Shown here: piece by piece, positions 1 through 9,423 of the stretch | How positions within the stretch are numbered: the stretch's first letter is position 1 | How the letters are laid out: each line of letters opens with the position of its first letter | Notes under the pieces: generated by a model | Seen by the model: the letters and a program-made list of their open reading frames with translations, nothing else | Databases searched by the model: none | Told to the model about the DNA's origin: nothing | Program-made: the position numbers and the translations under genes | Assembly: GCA_964583615.1 (NCBI GenBank) | Contig: CAZOWM010000063.1 | Span: 1-16,264 of the forward strand | Direction: 5' to 3' | DNA: 16,264 nt | Source: an uncultured Spirochaetota bacterium | Lineage (GTDB): Bacteria > Spirochaetota > B62-G9 > DRHN01

Positions 1-1
1 T

Positions 2-922
2 GGTGTAAATCCTGATAACTGGAAGGTCTCACAGAAGGGAGGGACGGCATGGATTTCAAAGAGGCCTTTTTCCAATCTCAAAGAACTCGAGAAGCACATG
101 CCCCAGCTTCCAAAGTATGAAGAAATTAAAGAGTGGTATGCGCCATTTATTAAGCACATGAAAGAGGTGTTTGATTACCACGATCTCGTTTACATAGGAG
201 CTGTTGAAGGACCGATAACAGATGCTTACACGTATGTGGATATGGAACTTTTCTTTATCGCAATCTACGAGGCTCCAGAGCTCGTGGCACACATTTTAGA
301 TTGTACGGGTAAGTTTTCTGCATATATAGCGCAAGTCTTTGCAGAAAATGCATCTGCTCCCCTGCAGTTTATGGGTGAAGATATTGCCATGAGCACAGGA
401 GCTATGCTCAAGCCTCAATTTATCAAAGAGCACGGACTTCCACGCTGGCGGTGGATCATGGACCCTATCAAAGAAAAGGGCTATAAGTTCCTGTTCCATT
501 CTGACGGAAGGTACGGCGAGCTTCTTGGTCTCATATTCGATGAGCTTGGTGCCGACGGGCTCAACCCCATCGAGCGAAACGGGTGTAACGATATATTCGA
601 GATAAGGAAGCGATATCCCGATAAGCTGCTATTCGGGAATGTCTGCTGTGAGGTTACCCTGCCTCATGGAACTGTATACGATGTCGAGGATGAGACCCTC
701 GAGCTGATAGAGAGAATAGGGCCGCAGGGTGGTATCCTGATAGGCTCCTCCAGCGAGGTCCACGATCTCGTTCCTCCTGAGAATGCCGTCACGATGTATG
801 AAACGGTTCATGAGTACGGGCACTATCCGATCGATGTCGAGCGTATAAGACGGAGAAGAGCCGAGATAAAACATAAACTGACCACCAGAAAAGCCGAGGC
901 TGAGAAAGAATCCCCCTCCTGA
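2..922 (+). CDS. Uroporphyrinogen decarboxylase (URO-D)/MtaA-like methyltransferase family protein, 5'-partial. The frame is open from the window edge, so the true start lies upstream of the window.
   Basis: The frame of the 98..922 ORF stays open back to nt 2 with no stop (…GVNPDNWKVSQKGGTAWISKRPFSNLKELEKHMPQLP…). The 274+ aa product matches only the C-terminal roughly two-thirds of URO-D-fold proteins. Stop TGA at 920-922. Confidence 0.7.
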   Translation, partial: GVNPDNWKVSQKGGTAWISKRPFSNLKELEKHMPQLPKYEEIKEWYAPFIKHMKEVFDYHDLVYIGAVEGPITDAYTYVDMELFFIAIYEAPELVAHILDCTGKFSAYIAQVFAENASAPLQFMGEDIAMSTGAMLKPQFIKEHGLPRWRWIMDPIKEKGYKFLFHSDGRYGELLGLIFDELGADGLNPIERNGCNDIFEIRKRYPDKLLFGNVCCEVTLPHGTVYDVEDETLELIERIGPQGGILIGSSSEVHDLVPPENAVTMYETVHEYGHYPIDVERIRRRRAEIKHKLTTRKAEAEKESPS

Positions 923-1169
923 GCAGAGTGTTCAAAATGTTGCCATACAATGAGCTGAACGTAGTTACAGTAATCACTTAACTTTCTGAAGGGAGCAAAG
1001 TACTCGGGTATCTGAAAAGAAATCATGCCCCGCCGTTTAATACTGTAGCAAAAAAAAGCCTCCTGATCCTCATTTTCTTACACATCAACAAGAGGAGAAA
1101 TATCCCGAGGTGAGGTATACTCTTGTATATTCTCAGAAATACCCTTAAAATTTCACATTATTCTTATTC

Positions 1170-1198
1170 TTGACAGAATGTTCTATTGCGGGTAGCAT
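1170..1198 (+). promoter_or_regulatory. Possible sigma70-like promoter (TTGACA -35, 17-nt spacer, TAGCAT -10) upstream of the C25-like fragment ORF
   Basis: TTGACA at 1170-1175, 17-nt spacer, TAGCAT at 1193-1198. The -35 hexamer is consensus and the -10 matches at positions 1, 2, 5 and 6. Confidence 0.25.
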
Positions 1199-1599
1199 AT
1201 TCACAAGAAGGCTCATGTTTTTCGATCGTGGGTATTGAAAAATATTATGATACCGGGCACGATACATATAGATATGAAGAAACACCGGAAAACTTTGCCG
1301 AGGTACTTATACGCCATCAAAGTGGTGCTATTGGGGTTATCGCACCTACGCGAACCAGCTTTTCAGGAATGAACGATACATTTGCGGATGGATTAATCGC
1401 ATGCATGTATCCGGACTACCTCTATCCCTCCGTACATGAAGGCAGGCCTAAGATTGCCCTCGGAGACATGCTCAACTATGCAAAGACCTATACCGGTCCC
1501 AGACTCGATACCTCAACGTATGATTTTGAAAGCTATTATCTGAAGATATATAATCTTATCGGCGACCCTTCACTCGGAATCTGGCGGTTTTCAGATTAA
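1186..1599 (+). pseudogene. Relic of a peptidase C25 (gingipain-like) catalytic domain. Only the last ~130 aa of the domain are present, and the segment carrying the catalytic His and Cys is missing.
   Basis: The ORF starts at TTG immediately after an in-frame TGA at 1171-1173. Its product matches the C-terminal end of C25 catalytic domains: GAIGVIAPTRTSFSG resembles gingipain AIIASTINQSW, and the terminal YNLIGDPSLGIW resembles the TVFGDPSLLV that closes the gingipain catalytic domain. Only 263 bp lie upstream before the preceding gene, far too little for the missing ~250 aa N-terminal part. Real C25 proteins are over 400 aa and usually carry C-terminal Ig/T9SS domains, which are absent here. 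Confidence 0.45.
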
Positions 1600-1760
1600 G
1601 TAGAAGCGTTTGCCATCCCAAATTTTTTGTTGTGATCGGACCATGTTCTGCAGATAACGAGGATGCAGATAGAACAGTATATGCGTTCGCACACCCTCGC
1701 ATACTTTGAAACCGTGCGCGAGTTCAGAGAGTATATTCCCGCGGCTTTTTGACAGAGTTG

Positions 1761-1789
1761 TTGAATATTTTTAGGTTTTCTTGTACAAT
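1761..1789 (+). promoter_or_regulatory. Putative sigma70 promoter for the FHA gene: -35 TTGAAT (1761-1766), 17-nt spacer, -10 TACAAT (1784-1789) preceded by TG
   Basis: The hexamers match consensus at 5/6 and 5/6 with an optimal 17-nt spacer and TG directly 5' of the -10. An alternative -35 TTGACA lies at 1749-1754. The site is about 65 nt upstream of ATG 1853. Confidence 0.4.
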
Positions 1790-1852
1790 GTGCGCTATGT
1801 TAGAAAGTGTGGACGTACACGGCAGCGGCTGTGTTCGTCCGGGAGAAAAACC

Positions 1853-2191
1853 ATGGACGAAACAATCCATCTGGATAGCACGGTCGGTCAGCGGCTTGCA
1901 AAAGTGAAAAAGACGGACTCCCGTGCGCTTGTGTTCAAAGGCGCGAGAATCCCTCTTGTCAGCACGATAACGCTTGGGAGAAGCAGAATCAACGATGTGA
2001 TGATCGATGACAAAATGGTCTCGCGTCGGCACTGCCTCATCCAGAAGATCAAGGATAATTTTTTCATCAAGGACTTGAACAGCTCCAACGGCACATATGT
2101 TAACAGCCTGCGGGTTCCTGCAGACAATTATGTCAAACTTCAAAAGAACGATATTATCCGTCTCGGGAAAACAGAGCTCACTATCATATAG
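1853..2191 (+). CDS. Small stand-alone FHA (forkhead-associated) domain protein, 112 aa
   Basis: Classic FHA signature: LVSTITLGRSRINDVMIDDKMVSRRHCLIQKIKDNFFIKDLNSSNGTYVNS, i.e. GR…SR.H….D.S.NGT.VN. The start was moved from the TTG at 1781 to ATG 1853, which carries a GGAGA Shine-Dalgarno 8 nt upstream (gggagaaaaaccATG). Stop TAG at 2189-2191. Confidence 0.8.
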   Translation: MDETIHLDSTVGQRLAKVKKTDSRALVFKGARIPLVSTITLGRSRINDVMIDDKMVSRRHCLIQKIKDNFFIKDLNSSNGTYVNSLRVPADNYVKLQKNDIIRLGKTELTII

Positions 2192-2201
2192 GTCCGACCT
2201 A
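2189..2201. repeat. 13-bp perfect palindrome TAGGTCcGACCTA between the convergent FHA and SPFH stop codons
   Basis: Read directly: taggtc c gaccta. It overlaps the FHA stop codon and sits 4 nt from the SPFH stop. No U-run follows on either strand, so it does not look like an intrinsic terminator. Confidence 0.5.
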
Positions 2202-2204
2202 GTT

Positions 2205-3191
2205 CTATTCTTTGAAGATATCTCCAATACTCATGATCGATTTTCCGTCAGTGATGATGGTTTTGATATTCGGTGATATTTTCTGCACGTACTCGTAGTT
2301 TATGACAGAGGGGTTCTCCTTCAGGCTAGCGCCCTTCAACTTGATCGCCTGCGCCTCGCCCTCCGCACGGATAATCGAGGCCTGCTTGTCGCCGTCCGCA
2401 ATGATTACCTTCTCCTCCTTCTCTTTTTCGGCCTTCTCGAGCACGTATTTCATCCGCTCGGCTTCCTGCTGTGCGACCTGTTTTCGTTCTATGGCCTGAC
2501 GGTATTCATCCGAGAATGTCACGTTCCGCAGAAGCACTGTGTCGACAACGATGTACTTGTCTATCAGTTTTTCTCTGAGCGTGTTCTCCATGTCGAGCTG
2601 CGCGAGCTCTCTCCCCACAGGTTCGTCTTCCGAGGGCCGTTCATCGAGAGAAAATCCCCGCGTGCGCGCGATGTCGATCCAGTTGCTGGAAAAGAGCTCG
2701 ATGACCGAGTAGCGGGAAACAACGGTTCTGATCGTTTCCCTGATCGAAGGCCGCAGAATCTTTTCCTCGTAATTCGGCCCGATTTCCTCATGGAGACGCC
2801 ATACGTTCTGGTCATCTATCCTGTAGATTACCGAGAGCTCAAGGCCCACAGGCTGTCCGTCTGATGTGAGCGCCTTGATGGAGTCGTCTCCGATGTATCT
2901 GCCTTCGGCTGAAATTCCCGACATGGTATAGGTTTGATTTCTGACGTCGTAGTTGATCGGTTTCTGTATAAATGGAACCAGGATATGAAAACCCGGAGTA
3001 AGCTGCCGTTTTTCGATCCCTGTGAGGCGGTTGAAGACAACCGCCCGTTCCCCGGATCCTACAATGATAAATGGCTGTGCAATTGCGAGAAATATGATAA
3101 AGGCGATGAATATGACGACCCACAGAATTATCGCCTTTCTTGTCTGCTGTGAAATGTTCTGTGTACCTCGAACCATACTTCCTCCCATCAT
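2205..3191 (-). CDS. SPFH/band-7 (HflC/HflK, stomatin-prohibitin family) membrane protein
   Basis: The N-terminal hydrophobic helix (AIILWVVIFIAFIIFLAIA) is followed by FIIVGSGERAVVFNRLTGI…LTPGFHILVPFIQ, the typical SPFH start, and then a long E/K/A-rich coiled coil (AQQEAERMKYVLEKAEKEKEE…IIRAEGEAQAI) as in HflC/HflK. The third ATG (start 3176, MVRGTQ…) has the SD GGGAGGAAG 4 nt upstream and may be the real start. Confidence 0.85.
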   Translation of the reverse strand: MMGGSMVRGTQNISQQTRKAIILWVVIFIAFIIFLAIAQPFIIVGSGERAVVFNRLTGIEKRQLTPGFHILVPFIQKPINYDVRNQTYTMSGISAEGRYIGDDSIKALTSDGQPVGLELSVIYRIDDQNVWRLHEEIGPNYEEKILRPSIRETIRTVVSRYSVIELFSSNWIDIARTRGFSLDERPSEDEPVGRELAQLDMENTLREKLIDKYIVVDTVLLRNVTFSDEYRQAIERKQVAQQEAERMKYVLEKAEKEKEEKVIIADGDKQASIIRAEGEAQAIKLKGASLKENPSVINYEYVQKISPNIKTIITDGKSIMSIGDIFKE

Positions 3192-3235
3192 AATTTAATT
3201 GTGAAACAGTACAGGAATTGTAATCTGCTGTTCTT

Positions 3236-4201
3236 TTATACGATGATCACTTCAATGATATCGGAAAGCTCCGATTTCAAAAAGCTTTCGATGAAGGCAA
3301 GCGTCCCGGTTTTCGAGCTCGGGCACCCTGCACATGAACCGAGGTAATGAATAAACACCTGGGTTTTTTCCTCACCATCCTTCATGTCCACAACTTCGAT
3401 GTCTCCTCCCTCCTTGAGGAGTGAGGGTCGAACCTTTTCATTCAGTATCTTTTCGACCGCCCTGTGTTTCTGAATGAGGTTCATAGAAGCAAAACTCCTG
3501 TCACCAATCTCCTGTCGTACCTTTTCATTTTCCATTTCCTGCCTGACTTCATTGAGAATATCCACAAGGTAATGGCGGCGTTTTTCATGCCCTCCTGGAC
3601 GAATGCAGGACTTGCAGAAGGCCCCCGCCTTTGTGTAATGAATAATTTCATCAACGGTATGAAGGTCATTGATCCGGATGACATCCTTGATCGTCCCCAG
3701 TGAGACTCTCGCACATTCGCACACGATTTCCTCGTCTTCCAGGGACGCCATATCGACTCCCTTGTAGAGAGAGGCTGCTTTTTTGATCACGTCATATGCC
3801 AAGACGCTGCAGTGCATCTTCTGCGGCGGGATTGCGGCCCGTTCTTCGTCGTCACGAAGCGCGCGTTCAACATCGAGGTTGGTAATGTTCAGCGCATCAT
3901 CAACGGTGCGGCCAATGCACATTTCCGCCATTATGTCACTCGATGCGATTGCAGTACCGCATCCAAAAGTCTTGTATCGTGCGTCAAGAATCATATCGTT
4001 CTTCGGGTCAACGGCCCAGTACAGACGGATTGCGTCTCCGCATACCTCTGCACCGAAATCCGCAATAATGAGCCGGGCATTCATCCTTTCTGCTTCTTCC
4101 TCAGTGATTTCTCCCATATGCCGCGGGTTCTCGATGCGGTCGTTAACCACGCTGGAATACTGCTCCCAGAGCGAGCCCCCAATGAGATCTGTCTTTGCCA
4201 T
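3236..4201 (-). CDS. nifU: NifU-type Fe-S cluster scaffold protein with three domains: IscU-like N-terminus, central BFD-like [2Fe-2S], and C-terminal Nfu
   Basis: N-terminus MAKTDLIGGSLWEQYS plus GAEVCGDAIRLYW, the cluster-ligand region YKTFGCGTAIASSDIMAEMCIG and MHCSVLA. The middle domain carries CEC…CKSC. The C-terminal domain has the CxxC of GSCAGCPSS. The ATG at 4201 has an AAGGA SD 7 nt upstream, whereas the track's GTG at 4207 has none. Confidence 0.9.
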   Translation of the reverse strand: MAKTDLIGGSLWEQYSSVVNDRIENPRHMGEITEEEAERMNARLIIADFGAEVCGDAIRLYWAVDPKNDMILDARYKTFGCGTAIASSDIMAEMCIGRTVDDALNITNLDVERALRDDEERAAIPPQKMHCSVLAYDVIKKAASLYKGVDMASLEDEEIVCECARVSLGTIKDVIRINDLHTVDEIIHYTKAGAFCKSCIRPGGHEKRRHYLVDILNEVRQEMENEKVRQEIGDRSFASMNLIQKHRAVEKILNEKVRPSLLKEGGDIEVVDMKDGEEKTQVFIHYLGSCAGCPSSKTGTLAFIESFLKSELSDIIEVIIV

Positions 4202-4217
4202 TTTCACATCCTTCGCG

Positions 4218-5408
<1,191 letters not shown>

Positions 5409-5535
5409 CTAATTTTTAATCTACATGTGCGTTTCTGATAAATCAATACATATTTTTATTCAATGGGGAGGAGTGGATTGATTCCGGTTTTATATGCAGG
5501 AATATACGATCCCTTTCCATAAAGCTGTTTTTCTA

Positions 5536-5859
5536 TCAGGCGTCGGGTTTGAGCTTCTTTATCGCTTCTTCGGCCTCATCGATCTGGTGTTCCAGAGTGC
5601 TGATTTCGCTGATGATCTTGTCGATTTCCTCGTTGTCCTTCGCGACTGTGTCCTGTTTCTTTTCGGTAAACATTTCATAGACGCACGCACCGAGCACGGC
5701 AAACTGTTTTTCCACCCTGTGTTCGAGTTTCATGATCTCGAATTTTTTTGCTCCTCTTTCACCGAATTCCATCGTCTTGTCCTTCGCTTTTTCGAGTACG
5801 TCGAGCGAGGTTTTCAATCCCTTGTTGATGGCTTCCTCCATCCGTTGACGGAATGTCAT
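5536..5859 (-). CDS. Small coiled-coil protein of 107 aa, phasin-like or COG3937-like, unknown function
   Basis: A strong SD (GAGGAGAAAG, 5 nt spacer, ATG) is read on the minus strand. The product is E/K-rich with heptad character (EEAINKGLKTSLDVLEKAKDKTMEFGERGAKKFEIMKLEHRVEKQF…IDEAEEAIKKLK). The antisense + ORF 5494..5913 is F/L-rich, the typical mirror image of an E/K-rich gene. The family assignment is from memory only. Confidence 0.55.
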   Translation of the reverse strand: MTFRQRMEEAINKGLKTSLDVLEKAKDKTMEFGERGAKKFEIMKLEHRVEKQFAVLGACVYEMFTEKKQDTVAKDNEEIDKIISEISTLEHQIDEAEEAIKKLKPDA

Positions 5860-6021
5860 GACTTTCTCCTCTCAATGATAAACTCTACAAAAAAAATAAT
5901 AGCGGTACACTGAGTGGTCAAGCTGCAGTTTTCGCGCAGTTCCGGGTTGTCAGCCGGGGGTGCACACGACATATTAATGTAAAAGACATATTTGAACGCC
6001 GACTTAGCAGGAGGTTATGGG

Positions 6022-6243
6022 ATGACTGTTGCACGCAGGCTCGCCCGATTTGTGGTTCGATCCTCCTATGAGGACCTGTCAGAGGGTGCCAGACAGCAGA
6101 CGAAAATACGGATACTCGACTCCATCGGGTGCGCTCTCGGCGTGCTTTCAGACAAAAAGCTCGAGGATATTGCCGAATCAGTTGAAAATCTCGAATACAC
6201 GAGCGCGAAGGACTTCATGAACGCGCTTGCTGCTACTTTCTGA
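6022..6243 (+). pseudogene. 5' relic of an MmgE/PrpD-family (2-methylcitrate dehydratase-like) gene. About 55 N-terminal residues are conserved, then the sequence diverges and terminates.
   Basis: MTVARRLARFVVRSSYEDLSEGARQQTKIRILDSIGCALGV matches the characteristic PrpD/MmgE N-terminus (LA.FV….YEDLP…..AK…LDT.GC.L). ATG 6022 has an AGGAGG SD 7 nt upstream. The ORF ends at 6241-6243 after 73 codons, whereas family members are ~450 aa. The remainder of the locus is occupied by an opposite-strand gene and acnA. Confidence 0.5.
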
Positions 6244-6532
6244 TGATGATGCCGTCTTCCTCGAGCTCGCTCACCTCCTCGACCTCGTCCACTTCCTGGA
6301 GTATCTTTTCCTTTCTCTTATGTATTTCTTCTTCCCTCTCACGTATTCCGTCGAGGTAGTGTTTTTCTATTGTGTTGTCCTCGCCTCCGCCGTAGAGACT
6401 TCTCTGGATCTCCTGACTTTCAGTGAACATTTCGTTCACGTTGTACTCTTTCGGGATGTCGCCCGTCAGCTTTTCGATCTCGAGGTCCATCTCCTCAATG
6501 ACGTCGGTGGATTCACATTTATCAGTATCCAT
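6233..6532 (-). CDS. Hypothetical highly acidic small protein of 99 aa, immediately downstream of acnA
   Basis: The ATG at 6532 (MDTDKCEST…) has a GGAGGTG SD ~12 nt upstream. The track's GTG at 6568 has no SD. The product is very Glu/Asp-rich (…REREEEIHKRKEKILQEVDEVEEVSELEEDG…) with no motif I recognise. The antisense + ORF is F/L-rich. Low-complexity composition makes the coding call uncertain. Confidence 0.4.
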   Translation of the reverse strand: MDTDKCESTDVIEEMDLEIEKLTGDIPKEYNVNEMFTESQEIQRSLYGGGEDNTIEKHYLDGIREREEEIHKRKEKILQEVDEVEEVSELEEDGIIIRK

Positions 6533-6587
6533 TGGCTGTGTGCACCTCCATGTTGTACAATATACCACGGAATAAGAATTTCATAGG

Positions 6588-9263
6588 TTATTCAGATGCA
6601 AAATCTCGTATCAGTCTGTGCAGGATTCCACTGTTTCGATAATACTCGTACTCGGCCGGGGTGTCGATTCGCGCCCTGACAGAGAAGGATCTATTATGCC
6701 CGGATTCTGCGTGCACGCTGATTTCGACGTCCTGCGCGGGGCCGGTTACATTTCCGATGTCGAAGGATTCCGTTCCTGTGAGCGTGAGGCTTTCTGTGCT
6801 GTCTCCGTCTCTGAATTGGAGGGGTAAAACCCCCATCCCGATGAGGTTGCTTCTGTGTATGCGCTCAAAACTTTGAGCGATTACGGCTCTGACTCCCAGA
6901 AGCGCGGTTCCCTTTGCCGCCCAGTCACGCGAGCTTCCCGCACCGTACTCCTTTCCAGCCAGAACAATGAGCGGGATTCCCTCATTTCGGTATTTTACCG
7001 CGGCATCAAATATGGAGAGTTGTTCTCCACTCGGGAAAAAAATCGTATATCCGCCTTCCGTGTCAGTGAGGAGCCTGTTTCTGATCCTGATGTTCCCGAA
7101 TGTTCCGCGCATCATCACTTCGTGGTTTCCCCTTCGTGACCCGTAGGTATTGAAATTTTTGGAATTTACACCCTGATCCATGAGCCATTTCCCTGCGGGA
7201 CTTTCCTCAGGAATCGCTCCTGCAGGAGAAATGTGATCTGTGGTGATCGTGTCTCCCAGCAAAACGAGCACCCGGGCCCCGCTGATCGAATCAATCTCAG
7301 GCACATCTCTGGACATGCCTTCGAAAAACGGAGGCTTCCTTATGTACGTTGAGGCGGCGTTCCACTGGAATACCTTTTCACTGTTGACTTTGACCTCGTT
7401 CCATGTTTCGTTTCCGGTAAACACGTTGCGGTATTCTTCACTGAACATAGCGGGTGAGATGAATTGCTTGACGAACGTTTCGATTTCCTCATTTGAAGGC
7501 CATATCTCTTTCAGGAAGACCGCTCTCCCGTTCGGGTCATACCCTACGGGTTCCGACGTCAGATCGATATCGATCCTGCCTGCAAGGGCAAAGGCAACGA
7601 CAAGGGGCGGCGAAGCGAGGAAATTCGCTCGCACATCGGGATGAATTCTTCCCTCGAAATTGCGGTTTCCTGATAATACCGAAGCGACAGCCAAGTCGTG
7701 CTCGTGTATTGCCCTGCTGACGGCGGGATTCAGTGGTCCGCTGTTTCCTATGCATGTTGTGCATCCGTATCCGACGAGGTGAAATCCGAGGGCTTCGAGA
7801 TATGGAAGAAGACCCGACTCTTCGAGGTAGCGCGTAACCACGCGGGAACCCGGCGCGAAGCTCGTCTTGACGTGGGGTGAAACGTGGAGGCCAAGTTCCA
7901 CGGCCTTTTTCGCGAGAAGGCCGGCTCCAATCAAAACAGAAGGATTGGAAGTATTGGTACAGCTCGTAATGGCTGAAATCACCACAGATCCGTTTTTCAG
8001 TTCAACCCGTGTTCCATTGATCTCCACCGTCACCGCATTTTCTGATTTCTTTCCCTTGTTTCCCGCTACCGTCGCCTGTACGGAATCCTTAACCTCTCTT
8101 AAAGGTATGTGGTCCTGAGGGCGTTTTGGACCCGCAATTGCAGGTTCTATGCTTTCCATGTCAAGCTCGATTACATCGTTGAATAGAGGATCAGGAGTGT
8201 TATCTGTGCGGAAGATCCCCTGAATCTTCGTGTACTGCTCGACAAGTGCCGTCTGCTTTTGTTTTCTCCCGGTGAAGCGGAGATAGGAGAGCGTTTCTGA
8301 GTCAACGGGAAAGAACGTCACGGTCGCTCCGTACTCCGGAGTCATGTTTGAAATGGTCGCCCTGTCCGGAAGGCTGAGGCTTGAAACGCCGGGACCGAAG
8401 AATTCCACGAATTTTCCGACAACCCCGTAATTTCTTAAAATTTTGGTAATTGCCAGCACTAGATCCGTGGCAGTGACGCCCGTTTCGAGCTTTCCCTTCA
8501 ATTTAAAACCGATCACATCAGGCATGACGAGCGATACTGGCTCTCCAAGAAGCCCCGCTTCCGCCTCTATTCCACCTACACCCCATCCGAGAACACCGAG
8601 TCCGTTGATCATCGTCGTGTGTGAATCTGTTCCCACAAGTGTGTCCGGAAACGCGATCCGCCCCTTCTCAGAACCGCGAACCGTCACGACGCTGGCCAGG
8701 TATTCGAGGTTGACCTGGTGCACGATACCGGTGGCAGGCGGTACAACACGAAAGCCCTCGAAAGTCTCCGCCCCCCACCGGAGGAACTCATAGCGCTCAC
8801 GGTTTCTCCTGAACTCGATCCTGGAGTTGTTTTCGAGCGCTCTCACGGTTCCGTAATGGTCGACCTGCACGGAATGGTCTATAACGAGGTCGACAGGAAT
8901 GCGAGGATTGATCTTTGCGGGATCGCAGCCGAAACCGATAAGTGCGTCTCTCATGGCTGCGAGATCCACAACTGCCGGGACACCGGTGAAATCCTGCATC
9001 ACGATACGCGAGGGTTTGAAAGGTATTTCTTCACCTTTGTTCGATCTCGGGTTCCATCCTGCGACTCGCCGGACGTCTTCCCCGGTAATGGTCTTTTCGT
9101 CTACCTGGCGAAGCACAGCCTCCAGGATGATCTTCACCGTGAAGGGCAGGCGCGAGACACCCCCTGCACCCTTTTTCTCGAGTTCTTCAAGGCTGTAATA
9201 CGACAGCGAGCCGATATCCGTGTGAAGAGTCTTTTTGGTACCAAATGAGTCGATACCTTCCAT
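6588..9263 (-). CDS. acnA: Aconitate hydratase A (monomeric aconitase/IRP family), 891 aa
   Basis: Unmistakable aconitase motifs, including SCTNTSNPSV, GYGCTTCIGNSG (the Fe-S ligand cysteines) and the domain-4 SR motif AGKEYGAGSSRDWAAKG, together with AcnA-typical length. The start was moved to ATG 9263 (MEGIDSFG…), which has a perfect SD AGGGAGG 5 nt upstream. The track's TTG at 9296 lacks one. Confidence 0.93.
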   Translation of the reverse strand: MEGIDSFGTKKTLHTDIGSLSYYSLEELEKKGAGGVSRLPFTVKIILEAVLRQVDEKTITGEDVRRVAGWNPRSNKGEEIPFKPSRIVMQDFTGVPAVVDLAAMRDALIGFGCDPAKINPRIPVDLVIDHSVQVDHYGTVRALENNSRIEFRRNRERYEFLRWGAETFEGFRVVPPATGIVHQVNLEYLASVVTVRGSEKGRIAFPDTLVGTDSHTTMINGLGVLGWGVGGIEAEAGLLGEPVSLVMPDVIGFKLKGKLETGVTATDLVLAITKILRNYGVVGKFVEFFGPGVSSLSLPDRATISNMTPEYGATVTFFPVDSETLSYLRFTGRKQKQTALVEQYTKIQGIFRTDNTPDPLFNDVIELDMESIEPAIAGPKRPQDHIPLREVKDSVQATVAGNKGKKSENAVTVEINGTRVELKNGSVVISAITSCTNTSNPSVLIGAGLLAKKAVELGLHVSPHVKTSFAPGSRVVTRYLEESGLLPYLEALGFHLVGYGCTTCIGNSGPLNPAVSRAIHEHDLAVASVLSGNRNFEGRIHPDVRANFLASPPLVVAFALAGRIDIDLTSEPVGYDPNGRAVFLKEIWPSNEEIETFVKQFISPAMFSEEYRNVFTGNETWNEVKVNSEKVFQWNAASTYIRKPPFFEGMSRDVPEIDSISGARVLVLLGDTITTDHISPAGAIPEESPAGKWLMDQGVNSKNFNTYGSRRGNHEVMMRGTFGNIRIRNRLLTDTEGGYTIFFPSGEQLSIFDAAVKYRNEGIPLIVLAGKEYGAGSSRDWAAKGTALLGVRAVIAQSFERIHRSNLIGMGVLPLQFRDGDSTESLTLTGTESFDIGNVTGPAQDVEISVHAESGHNRSFSVRARIDTPAEYEYYRNSGILHRLIRDFASE

Positions 9264-9394
9264 TTTTTCCTCCCTTGTATGCATCATTCTCTCCAAAATT
9301 TAATATAATAGGCTTGCGGGAGAAATTAACCACAATTTCTTCCTCATGTGCCGGGGCAGTCGAAAACCGATGCATCGACGGCGGTCAATTCGCC

Positions 9395-9423
9395 TTGACC
9401 CGGCAATCCGGTCACAATATCAT
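9395..9423 (+). promoter_or_regulatory. Putative sigma70 promoter for the mdh paralog pair: -35 TTGACC, 17-nt spacer, -10 TATCAT. It lies within the ~200-bp divergent acnA/mdh intergenic region.
   Basis: TTGACC at 9395-9400 and TATCAT at 9418-9423, about 38 nt upstream of ATG 9461. Confidence 0.3.

Noticed and set aside
56-292. 78-aa minus-strand ORF at the window start
   Set aside because: It is antisense to the URO-D-family gene, whose frame is open across the whole region.
1724-2227. 167-aa minus-strand ORF fully overlapping the FHA gene
   Set aside because: The plus-strand frame carries an unmistakable FHA signature and an SD-ATG start. The minus-strand product has no recognisable features and no SD, so it is a chance antisense ORF.
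5494-5913. 139-aa plus-strand ORF antisense to the coiled-coil gene
   Set aside because: Its F/L/V-rich product is the characteristic mirror of an E/K-rich coding strand. The minus-strand gene has a strong SD and the plus-strand ORF has none.
5861-6021. Possible small RNA or hairpins in the divergent intergenic region between the coiled-coil gene and the prpD relic
   Set aside because: Only 4-bp stems (ctgc/gcag, ccgg/ccgg) could be found by eye. There is no GC-rich stem plus U-run and no recognisable riboswitch core.
6227-6586. 119-aa plus-strand ORF antisense to the acidic mini-protein
   Set aside because: Same mirror-composition argument. It would also overlap the prpD relic in a different frame.
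6588-9296. Alternative-frame ORFs inside acnA (e.g. 8718..9248 +, 7240..7644 +, 8443..8793 +) and the track's TTG start at 9296
   Set aside because: All lie within a 2.7-kb gene with continuous aconitase homology. No independent motifs were seen. The upstream TTG start lacks an SD, whereas ATG 9263 has a perfect one.
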